In this document: positions 1-9,989 of the stretch, piece by piece
Layout: each line of letters opens with the position of its first letter
How positions within the stretch are numbered: position 1 is the first letter of the stretch
NCBI GenBank assembly: GCA_951406725.2
Contig: OX597817.1
Coordinates: 173,972,001 to 174,036,000 of the forward strand
DNA length: 64,000 nt
Direction: 5' to 3'
Origin: Octopus vulgaris
Taxonomy: Eukaryota
Translations under genes and position numbers: made by a program
The notes under the pieces: model-generated
Database searches by the model: none
What the model was told of the DNA's origin: nothing
The model's input: only the letters and a program-made list of their open reading frames with translations

Positions 1-245
1 TCCAGAAAAACATTGAAAGCACATGTCAATTGATTTTATGCCATTAGAGTTACCCACCTTGTTTCCCCCTTTGAAAAAATGCCCGATACCTAATAAAATT
101 CAGTAAGAAAATCTAACGTAATTATAGGAAAAAATTATCTTAAGGATTAATTTTGTAACTCAAGAAATTTCATAAAATAGATTTTTATCAATATTTTGTA
201 AATTTCGTCACAATTTGATGAATAGAAATATTTGACCGGCTACTT

Positions 246-254
246 ATTTCCGGT
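246..254 (-). promoter_or_regulatory. ETS/GABP-like site about 35 bp upstream of the MRPL3 start codon
   Basis: ATTTCCGGT (ACCGGAAAT on minus) in a locally CpG-retaining region. CCGGAA sites are common at promoters of nuclear-encoded mitochondrial genes. Motif match only. Confidence 0.4.
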
Positions 255-286
255 GTTAGTTTCATCATTTAGAAGCAAAAGGGAAA

Positions 287-369
287 ATGGCATCGTCTTT
301 AAAGCTGGCGGCTTCCCTCAGAACGGTTCTTTGGAATTCCACTGCAAACTCAGTTACTCACATATCGAG
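287..369 (+). CDS. MRPL3: MRPL3 exon 1 (mitochondrial targeting peptide-like N-terminus)
   Basis: ATG at 287 (aaaATGg) encodes MASSLKLAASLRTVLWNSTANSVTHIS, Ser/Ala/Leu-rich with no acidic residues. In-frame TAA at 383 forces splicing. AG|GCAAGT at 369/370 is phase 2, matching exon 2. Confidence 0.8.
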
Positions 370-1019
370 GCAAGTTGATTTTTAAAAAAATTATATCGTC
401 GAAGAGTTACTTTTATTTATACGATCTTTTAATCGTTTGGTATTTCTATCTTTGAATATAAATACAATGTGTATGGGTTCTGTATTGACCTCTAACGTAA
501 ATTCGAAGTCATTGGTGCCAACAGCTGAGTATTCTATCGATGTGTGTAGACCGTTATGCACGGATGTTGGTTTAAGCAAGTGTGTGTCTGTTGAATTTTC
601 TCTAAAGTTTTTGTTGCTACTAAAAAAATTAAAATTGTTCGAAATTAAAGGTTAATTTTTAGCGGAATATCTACAGAAGTTTGCCTATCGAATTTGTTTC
701 CTCATAACTTTTTTTTAATGCATACTTTTGAAGAAATTTTTCCAGAAATACGTCTAAGACGGTGTAGATTATGGTAATATGGGGACAAGTTTGAGGGGAA
801 AAGATTTTTTATAGTGTCATTCACCACCAACATCAAATTATGTTGTTTGTCGTTGGACTCTTGCCATGCTGGGGCACCGCCTTGGAGGAATTTTAGTCGA
901 TTCCAGTATTTTTAAAGCATAGTAGTTATTCTATCGCTCGCCGTTTGTCGAAACACTAAGTTCCTGGACGTAAACAAATGAATACCGGTTGTCAAGTGGT
1001 GCTCTCTCTCTCTCACTCA

Positions 1020-1390
1020 GAGTTTTGTCTGTAAACTGCTGGGAATAGCATCACTTTGGGTATGCGTTATCACACTGAGTGAAATGGTGAGAGAATCTAA
1101 TGAAGAACTTAATTAAACACTCACCTGAAGAGGCGCATTTTACACCTTGAATGGAAGTTAATGATTACACACCTTTGTACTAATGATGTAAGAACGTGTT
1201 GAAACAGTTGCAGTTATCTTTAAAATAAACAATGTTTATTCTATCGTTTATCTATTAATCTATGAAATTCCCGATATATGTCCTATAGCAAGAGTGTTTC
1301 CACTGTATCATGACATCAGGTAACCAACAACTGTGGACGAGCCTTGCATTGCATTCTACAGCGTTTTTACTCAAATTTTACTTTAAAATA
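1020..1390 (+). mobile_element. Penelope-like pseudo-LTR remnant with decayed hammerhead-like core
   Basis: CTGAAGA-GGCGC (1125-1136) ... GTGTT-GAAACAGTTG (1196-1210), followed by AATAAA and ending at a (TA)n run. Confidence 0.4.
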
Positions 1391-1725
1391 TATATATATA
1401 TATATCACAAATGAGACCTTGAATTTTGAAACAACAGAATACTGCTCCTTCATTGTACTATGCATTTACAAATAATCAAGACTGCATCTCCCTAAAAGTC
1501 ATCCAATGAATAATCACATTAGGTTTTCACTTGGCCTTCATTTCTCAGATCTGCTTAGCATCTCATCTAATTATTGTAACATCTCACTTCATGCTTGCTC
1601 TGTTGATGGAAAGTCAAATGCTCCAGTATACCATATTTACATGCTCCACATTCAGTAAATCCTTGTCTTCCGAACAGATTTCTTGCTCAAGTTAGAAATT
1701 ATTAAGTCTAATATACAAAATATTT

Positions 1726-2090
1726 ATTGACTGTGTAGTGGTAAAAAGTTTGCTTCATAACCACATGGTTCCAGGTTCAGTCCCACTGCATGACACCTTA
1801 GCCAAGTGACTTCTACTATGGTCTCAGGTTGACCAAAGCCTTATGAGTGGATTTGGTAGATGGAAACTGAAAAAAAGTGTGTCTTTGTGTTTGTCTCCTT
1901 CCACTGTTTGAGAACTGGTGTTGGTGTATTTATGTCCCCATAACTTAGCACTTCAGCAAAAGAGACTGATAGAATAAGTACCAGTCTTAAAAGGAAATAA
2001 GTACTGGGTTCATTTGTTTTGACTAAGGTTCTTGAAGGTGGTGCCCCAGCATGGCAGCAGTCTGATGACTGAAACAGGTAAAAGAAGAAT
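1726..2090 (+). mobile_element. tRNA-derived SINE, family A
   Basis: Head ...GTGGTAAAAAGTTTGCTTC...GGTTCAGTCCC (A/B-box-like), body GATAGAATAAGTAC, tail CCCCAGCATGGC...ATGACTGAAACA. About 20 full or partial copies are visible in the window. Confidence 0.85.
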
Positions 2091-2252
2091 AAACAATTCT
2101 ATAAGGGTCTGCTGCAAAAATCTTTTTGACTTATTTCTTATCATTTCGAGTACTTTATTCAGTTTTCATGCATCATTAAGAAACCAGTGAAATTTGGAAG
2201 AAAAAAGGAGGTAAAACGTCTTTCATATCAAATATCTTTTTTTATATTTTAG

Positions 2253-2477
2253 CTGCTGTTCCTGTCTGTTCTATCAGCAAACTCGCCATCTTAGAAAGCG
2301 CAGTCACAATATACCAGCTTGGCGAGTGAAGCAGTATGAACAACATGTGGAAGATGATATCAGTGTTGAAAGTGAAAAGTTCATCAAGACAGCTATTCAT
2401 GATCATTATAAGAGTGTAATTAAGAGTCCCTTGAAAGAAGCACCATGGGAACGAGGTACATGGACCCAATGGCCAAA
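2253..2477 (+). CDS. MRPL3: MRPL3 exon 2
   Basis: T-rich acceptor ttttag|C; reads (S)CCSCLFYQQTRHLRKRSHNIPAWRVKQYEQHVEDDISVESEKFIKTAIHDHYKSVIKSPLKEAPWERGTWTQWP(K); donor AA|gtatgt, phase 2. Confidence 0.9.
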
Positions 2478-2504
2478 GTATGTATATATCTATATATTTT
2501 TATT

Positions 2505-2786
2505 TATTATTTATGTGCCCTTTTCAAGCCTAGCCAGGTTCATGTTGCCCCCAGCTGGACGGGACGCCAGTCCATCGCAGCATTTCTCAAGAAACAGGAA
2601 GAAAGAGTGAGAGAAAGTTGGAGTGAGAGAGTACAACAGGGGTTGCCACCACCTCCTGCTGGAGCCTCGTGGAGCTTTAGGTGTTTTCGCTCAATAAACA
2701 CACACAATGCCCGGTCTGGGAATTGAAACCGCAATCCTCCGACCTTGAGTCCGCTGCCCTAACCACTGGGCCATTGTGTCTCCACA
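2505..2786 (-). mobile_element. tRNA-derived SINE, family B
   Basis: Minus strand A box TGGCCCAGTGG and B box GGTTTCAATTCCC; 5' half nearly identical to 7072-7270; AT-rich tail. Confidence 0.85.
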
Positions 2787-3093
2787 TATCTGTATATATA
2801 TATATTAGTAAATTTACACACATACACACACTTACACATGCATTTTCCTTTTTCCTTTTGTAAGCAATAGATGAGGATTCCACAACTTCTTGCTGAACAA
2901 CCTGTGTAAATGATTTATTTATGGCAATCAAATGTTTGACCTGTACGTTAGTTCACTTCCTCCATCAAATCAACATGCTACATGTCAGATGTTAAAGTAA
3001 TTGGAGAGCAACGTGAAATGAAGTGTTTTGCTTAAGAACACAACACACCACTCTGTCCAGGAATTGAAACTATGGTCATAGTCCAACTAATTA

Positions 3094-3530
3094 GGGCGAG
3101 AGTCAGTCTAGATGAGATGTAGTTTGGGTTCATGCCAGAGAAAAGCACCACTGATGCTATATTTCTGATAAGACAGCTGCAAGAGAAATACCCAGCCAAA
3201 GATAAACTTGACATGGAGAAAGCCTTTGACAGGGTCCCCTGATCCCTTATCTGGTGGTCAATGAAGAAACTAGGGATAGATGAATGGTTAGTAAGAGCTG
3301 TGCAAGCCATGTACAGGGATGCTGTCAGTAAGGTAGTCTGGTAGTTGCTAAGAAAACTAGGTACAGAAGAATGGTTGTGCAGATCCTGTTAGCAAGGCAA
3401 ACAGTAGCAATGAGTTCAGCAAGGAATTCCAACCTAAAAGTAGGGGTCAGAAATTCATTCTCATACTTCTTTCTATTTATTATAGTTCTCTTGGCTGTAA
3501 CAGGAATTTAAGACCGATCTACTAACTGTG
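3094..3530 (+). mobile_element. RTE-clade LINE reverse transcriptase fragment
   Basis: Translates RVSLDEM*FGFMPEKSTTDAIFLIRQLQEKY...DMEKAFDRVP, with stops and a deletion. Confidence 0.9.
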
Positions 3531-4029
3531 GTAACTCAGTAGATTTAAAATGATGTTGATAATAACTACACTGCAATTCATATAGTTTATTTTTTAGTTG
3601 TCATCAGGGTTCTGATTCCTAGATGTGTACATAGTACCAAAAAGGCATTGAACAAGGAACCTTCACCTTTAAATTAAAGAAAATAACAGCCTTATATGTT
3701 AGTTTAGAAATAGGCAAGAGATTATGTATGTATGTATGGTTGGTGTGTGGAAGGGCATCCAGCTGTAAAAACCCTGCCAAAACAGACTGTGAAGCCTGGT
3801 GCAGTCTTCTGCCTAGTCAGCCCCTGTCAAACCGTCCAACCCATGCCAGCATGGAAAACGAATGGTTAATGATGATGATCCAGGGTTAGATATTTGATGA
3901 TAAATTGAGATTAAATCAGTTGAAATGTAGATGAAGGTATATATTAATAAATGTTCTCTTTCCTAAAGATGATATTAATAGTTTCCAAAAAATTTTAACC
4001 ATTTTAATTATTCTTTATCTTTTTCACAG

Positions 4030-4120
4030 GACTCTCCGTACAGGAGTTCTAGCACTTAAACTGGGGGTCTTACCTCAGTGGACTAAGAAAGGGGAGAAAA
4101 TATATACAACACTTTTACAG
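4030..4120 (+). CDS. MRPL3: MRPL3 exon 3
   Basis: ttttcacag|G; TLRTGVLALKLGVLPQWTKKGEKIYTTLLQ matches the uL3m N-terminal motif (G.IA.KLGM.P.W...G......TLLQ); donor CAG|gtaatt. Confidence 0.95.
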
Positions 4121-4126
4121 GTAATT

Positions 4127-4505
4127 TCTTTTATTTGTTTCAGTCATTAGACTACAGCTATGCTGGGGCACCCCCTTAAAGGGTTTAGTTGGAGAAATCA
4201 TCCACGGTAGTTTTATTTTTTTAGACTGATACTCATTCTATCGGTTTCTTTTTGCCAAACTTAATTTACAAGGGTGTAAATAAGCCGACACCAGTTATCA
4301 GGCAGTGGTAGAGAACAGATATGCGTATGCACACACACACACACATACATTTATATACACAATGGACTTCTTTCAGTTTCCATCTATGAAATCCACTTAC
4401 AAGACTTTGGTCAGCCCAGACTATAGTAGAAGATACTCAAGGTGCCATGCAATGGGACTGAACTCAGATCATGTAGTTGGGAAGCAAGCTTCTTACCACA
4501 CAACC
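4127..4505 (-). mobile_element. SINE family A
   Basis: Reverse-complement homologue of 1726-2090 with an internal (CA)n. A further partial + strand copy follows at about 4540-4880. Confidence 0.8.
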
Positions 4506-5049
4506 ATAAGGTTTTTTTTTTTTTTTGTTCAGTTCTACTACGTGGCACCTTGAACAAGTGTCTTCTACCGTAGCCCCAGGCCAACCAAAGCCTTATGAGT
4601 GGATTTGGGAGACAGAAATTGAAAGAGGCCCATTGTCTACATACATATGTATACATGTGTGTTTGTGTCTCCTTGTCTTGACATCATGTAAAGCAGTGTC
4701 ACAGTCATACAAGTGGTGTCCTTCATTTCTAATCATCTGTAAAAGAATGTTTGACCTTAGGGAAATACTACCTTACCTGGAAACAGGTGAGATTTAGTGA
4801 CAGCAGGAGCATCCAAACATGGAAACTTTATTTTAACAAATTCCATCTGATCCATTAAGCATGGTAAAGTACACATTAAAATGATGGCAGTAGTTGTGGC
4901 AGAAATAGCAGCAACAGCAGAATTAGAATAACACTTGACTAGCTGGACCTGTGGAAAATTCATGGAAAACAAAAAAATGTAAGCATCTGTAAATTGTGTG
5001 CTGGTGCCATGAGAAAACTTTATATTGTGATACTTACAGTAATATCCAA

Positions 5050-5628
5050 TATTGGCTGAGGAGCAGGACAGCCTGCTGTGCTAACCTTGGATCGTAGGGC
5101 AACCTGCTGTGCTTGAGGAGACTTATTGAGTCAAGTACTTCAACATAAAAATCAAAATCAAATGGATATTGTAGTTGTGATACCTGTGCCGGTGGCACAT
5201 TGGGCCTCACAGAAGCAATGACGAAAGAGTGAAACCTCTGAGATATGCTGTGACTGCGAAGACCTGGCAAATGAAGTGAGTTCATGGCTCGCAGGATGGC
5301 CTGCTGTGCTAATCTTGGATCGTAAAGTGACCTACTGTGCTTGAGGAGACCTATTTAGTCAAGTACATCAACATCAACATCAAAATAAAAATCAAATGGA
5401 AATTGTAGTTGTGATACTTGTGCTGGTGGCACGTACAAAACACCATCCAAATGTAAAAAAAGCACCCACTACACTCTCGGAGTGGTTGGTGTTAGGAAGG
5501 GCATCCAGCTGTAGAAACACTGCCAGATCAAACTGGAGCCTAGTGCAGCCTCCTGGCTTCCCAGACCCCGGTCGAACCATCCAACCCATGCTAGCATAGA
5601 AAATCGACGTTAGACGATGATGATGATC
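5050..5628 (+). mobile_element. RTE-LINE 3' UTR-derived element with internal duplication and (GAT)n tail
   Basis: Ends GGAAGGGCATCCAGCTGTAGAAAC...CCAACCCATGCTAGCA...GATGATGATGAT, the same tail joined to the RTE ORF at 22761-23840. Segment of about 5060-5197 recurs at about 5290-5432. Confidence 0.8.
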
Positions 5629-6819
5629 CAGTGTATAGAATACGGTAATTAATTATATTGTAGAAAAGTAAAAGTAACATCCAATATTTGCTGTGGTTAT
5701 GCAATCTTTCTACTCTGAAAATATTGATAAACATTTAAAAACATAAAGCAAACACCACCTTCCTTTCAGGCACCCCTCACTCTCTGTCTCACTCCCTCTC
5801 TGTCCTTCCTCTCTCTCGCTTTACTGCTCACTTCAAGTATACCTCCTCTGCTTAACACCTTTTATTTTTCTTTCTCCCTCTCCCTTCAAGTGTAGAAAAG
5901 TAACAGTAACATCCACAGGTATCTGCTGAGAGACAGACAGAGGGAAAAAGAGAGGCAGATAGACAGAATAACTGTCAGACAGGCAGACATATAGATAGGT
6001 AGAGAGACAGATAGGCCACTGTTAGGACCGGATTAACTCCCATAGTGACCCTAACGACTAAAAAGATTTTCCTGCCCCTGTATTGGATCATTTTTCATTT
6101 TCTTCCAACCATTTGAAGGTTTTTCTTGCCCCAGTCCACACAGCTGGCCAAGATGAACACTAATGGTCAAAGGTATTTCAATTATGACCATCCTGTCTTA
6201 TTTCCCAACAGTGTATCCACTCTAGGACAACATTATGCTCAGTGTCCCTTTTTGACCCCTTTATTACCATAATTCTTAGTTTCAATGAAGAATTTAGTAA
6301 AATAACATAAACTTTTGATAGGGGGGATTTTAAAGGAGATCACTTTAAAGCAGTGAATTTATATCAGTCTTGGGTAGGTTGGTATCAAAACAATTAAGAT
6401 GGTAGGATGGCATTTAAGGAATATTTAGCCACAATTTCTCATGTGTCAAACAGTTGCTTAGTTCAAAACAGCTGCTGGTTCAAAACATTCTCAGTAAAGT
6501 GTTTTATTTGAAATTTATCATGAGTCTTTAATACTGTTCTTTCTTTTATATTTTAGTTATTCTGAACCAATCAGTCATTTCCTATTTTAAGCTGTATTTT
6601 AGCTTAGTAGTTAGTTAATTTACTAGAGTCTGTTTCTGGAATAACCATGGCTACTTGAGTTTTACATCTGTATTAATATAGATGTAATCTTACTAGAGAA
6701 TTCTTGGTACTTTTTGATTTTTATTTATTCATTTATCCCAACTGTTGCAATGAAAATATGTACATTCGAGAATTCTGAGTGAGAATCACATTCTGAAGAA
6801 GAAGAAGAAGAAAGACTGG

Positions 6820-7975
6820 AAATAGTGTTTACTGCAGGGCTTGGTGGAAATACATAGAATATAGCTGAGGATTGACAAGTCAGAGGTACCTAAGTGCAAG
6901 TGATAGGGGACAACTAATTCCAGGAAGTGGTAGTAGAAAAGGGATAGAGAAAAGCACGTTTGTGGGTTTGAGCCAGAAGTATGTTGGTGAGCAGCTTCAT
7001 GCCTATAAATTGAGGGGTCTTTCTTTAACATGATATACAATGTCTAAGTGTATGTAAAAGCAGCAGCAGCAAGTGGAGGCGCAATGGCCCAATGGTTAGT
7101 GCAGCGGACTCGTGGACGGAGGATCGCGGTTTTGATTCCCAGACTGGGCGTTGTGTGTGTTTATTGAGCGAAAACACCTAAAGCTCCACGAGGTTCCGGC
7201 AGGGAGTGGTGGCGACCCCTGTTGTACTCTTTCGCTCCAACTTTCTCTCACTCTTTCTTCCTGTTTCTTGTCCCCGACTGCCTACGCAACCGCTGAGCCT
7301 GGATGCGCATTCATCCATCCGTCGATGCTCTCGGTGTCGGGGCTTAACCTGCTTCCTCTTCTGCAGGTCTTACGAATAGCAAAGGACCACGTTTCGGACT
7401 TCTCCCACGACAGAGGCGCGATCTTGCGAGCTCTGGGATAAAGACTGCTTCACTCAACAAACAAACAAACAAGCAGCAGTAGCACTATTACAGGTATGAG
7501 AGCAGAATACTTTAGTATTCTATTCAGGTGGGTCTCACCTGAGTTTTGTAGAGAGTTAGCAGGGGGGGGTATTTTATGGCTCTGAAGTGGAAGACCAATT
7601 TTGGTATTAGTTTTGCCTATATTGAAGATGTGCATTTACTTGGAAGATCCCCAATAAGGGTTAGGCTTAATGTTTGTAAGCACCTTGTGTTCCATTTGCA
7701 TACCATTTATTTCTGTATGGTGGGATGAATTATCAGAACTGTTTCCTTGACTTGATATGTGTAGTGATTGCTGTTGAAGGGGGCGAGATTGGTACAGCCC
7801 CTATTTTAGAATGTTTTTTAGGTTTCTGTTTATGAAGTCAATGCAGATTTGGTATGAAGTGTTTAAATTGTATTTGAATATTGCTTGGGTGTGAAAGCTC
7901 AGAGAAGAATGAAGGCTGCATCATCTACAGAGGAGTGGGCAATGATGGAGGTAATGGCAAGTAAGTTTTTTGAAG
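6820..7975 (-). mobile_element. Decayed Penelope-like element (linker and GIY-YIG endonuclease), interrupted by a SINE
   Basis: Minus-strand fragments in the expected order: NRNLKNIL (about 7810-7830), CKWNTRC (about 7680-7700), KCTS-xIGKTNTK (about 7600-7640), HLHLGTSDLSILSYILC (about 6850-6900). Frameshifted. Confidence 0.6.
7072..7470 (+). mobile_element. Young tRNA-derived SINE (family B head, distinct 3' module) with 14-bp TSD
   Basis: A box TGGCCCAATGG, B box GGTTTTGATTCCC, (ACAA)n tail; flanked by AAGCAGCAGYAGCA at 7058-7071 and 7471-7484; CpGs retained. Confidence 0.9.
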
Positions 7976-8021
7976 TACAGATAATTTACAAATTTATTTT
8001 ATGTTGTATTTCTGTGTCTAG

Positions 8022-8150
8022 GTTCTGGATAACCATGTAATCAATTATCGAAATCCTGCAGAAGCAACTAAATTGGCTGCTTGGCACCCGATGTGGCGCA
8101 ATAAATATGGAGCTGTTGTTGTTGGGGCTCTTGGAACAGATCCTAGAATG
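8022..8150 (+). CDS. MRPL3: MRPL3 exon 4
   Basis: tctag|GTT; VLDNHVINYRNPAEATKLAAWHPMWRNKYGAVVVGALGTDPRM; donor ATG|gtaaat; phase 0/0. Confidence 0.95.
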
Positions 8151-8548
8151 GTAAATTTACAAATTAAACATCTTTCTGTTGCTTTTTTAAAAATTTTGTC
8201 ATCTCTCTAATTCAGAACTTTTTTTATCTCAGCATAAAGGCACCATACTTCTTGTTAAAAGTAAACAAGTATTCCTTGTGTTTCTTTAATAATTGATATT
8301 TTAAAAAATTTAAATCCTTGTAAATGTCAGAAAATCTCATAATTCAATTAAAACAAAATATTTGAATATATTTTTAACTGAAAAGATGCAATATAATATT
8401 TAAATTTAGAAATTATTACAGCATTATTCACACTTTTGCTTACAATTAATATGCTGTGTTAAAAATTGTAGATTTTTTTCTTAACTTATAAAATATTTAA
8501 TTTTCATTTCTAAAATGTTTTAAAACCTATTTACTCATTTATTTATAG

Positions 8549-8648
8549 TTTACACCAGAATACAATAATTTATTTAGAAAAACTGGTCTTCCCCCTAAAC
8601 GTAAACTTGCAAGATTTTTAGTGACACCTAATGCTGCTGTACAGCCAG
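8549..8648 (+). CDS. MRPL3: MRPL3 exon 5
   Basis: ttatag|TTT; FTPEYNNLFRKTGLPPKRKLARFLVTPNAAVQP(G); donor CAG|gtaaga, phase 1. Confidence 0.95.
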
Positions 8649-9820
8649 GTAAGAAATAGTTTCTCTTTCTCTAAGAATCTATCTTTTAGGAATTGAATCT
8701 GATTCATTGAAGTTTGAATATTACATTTGTTTATGTGTGGAATGGAATTCAAAACCTCTTAGAAAATGTATGAACTTAGCTACTTCTGGTTACTGGATGT
8801 AATTTTCTCAAGTCCTTAGAATCATAGGGCTGGTCACCCTGTTTCTGTGCCTTATAAGTGACTGAAATCAGCGAATTGCCCCTGAACAGGATGCCAGTCC
8901 ATTACAGGGATACTCATTTACAGCTGAGTGCTGAGTAGACTGGAACAATGTCAAATAATGTGTTTTGCTCAAGAACACAATGAACCACTGGGTCCTGGAA
9001 TTGAAACTATGATCTTGTGATCATGAGTGCAACGCCTTAACTCTTCTTTTCTCTAATAATTTATAGCATTGTTTAATGAATGGTTTTTCTTGTGTGCAAG
9101 TGATTATCCTGAACAGGATAGCCAGTCCATTACAGGGGTACTCATTAGAGCTGAGGGGACTGGAGCAATATGGAATGAAGTGTTTTGTTCGAGAACAACG
9201 AACCACCAGGTCCTAGAATCAAAACCATATATCCATAGGATAACAAATCTAAATACCAAAGACATTCCACAACAAAATAATTTTAAGAACCACCACTGTA
9301 GAGAAGAAAGCTTATAGTAGAAAACACCAAAACTCTGCTTCACTTCTATTAATTTCTAAACTATTGTTATTATTACATTTATGTATTTGTTTTGCAAGAT
9401 GTGCTGAATCAGATATTTTTATATTTCAGGATGGTCTTTTTTTTTTATTATTATCTTATTTTATTTTGCCAAATAACTACACGCACTATATACTTGTTCT
9501 TCACTTGAGCTTTATCATCATCCTCCTTATTTTAGTGTTCTTTGTCTGGAAATATTTTGTCACACATCCCCTGACCTCTTTACTAACTCTCCATTCCATA
9601 TATCTTCTCCTATTCTGTCTTTCTGGGATGGAGAGTCGCTGAAGAGGTTACAAGATGTGTGATGAAAGATTTCAGACAAAGGACACTAAAATAATAATAA
9701 ATGTAGAAAGCGTATATATTGCATGTGGTTATTTGGAAAAAAAAAATTCTTTTTAAATGACCATCCCAAAATATAACAATACTATTATTAATGTTACTTT
9801 TTTGTTTATTTTGTTTTTAG

Positions 9821-9881
9821 GAACTCCTTTGTCATGTCTCCATTTTAGAGTTGGGGATTACGTAGATGTTCAAGCCAGAAC
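9821..9881 (+). CDS. MRPL3: MRPL3 exon 6
   Basis: tttttag|GA; (G)TPLSCLHFRVGDYVDVQAR(T), L3 motif HF..G.YVDV; donor AC|gtaagt, phase 2. Confidence 0.95.
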
Positions 9882-9989
9882 GTAAGTAGTCATTGATAAA
9901 ACCTGTTCTTGCCATATATTTGTCTTATAACATAGAGGAAATAGGACTGTGCCTATGGTATTTGCATGCCTTTTAGACTCATGGAATAA

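Noticed and set aside
7383-7414. Hammerhead-like string on the minus strand of the SINE 3' module (CTGTCGT-G-GGA-GAAG-TCC-GAAA-CGTG-GTC)
   Set aside because: A9 is replaced and the flanks (GCGCCT / CTTTGC) cannot form stem I. The resemblance to the CTGTCGA family may be chance.
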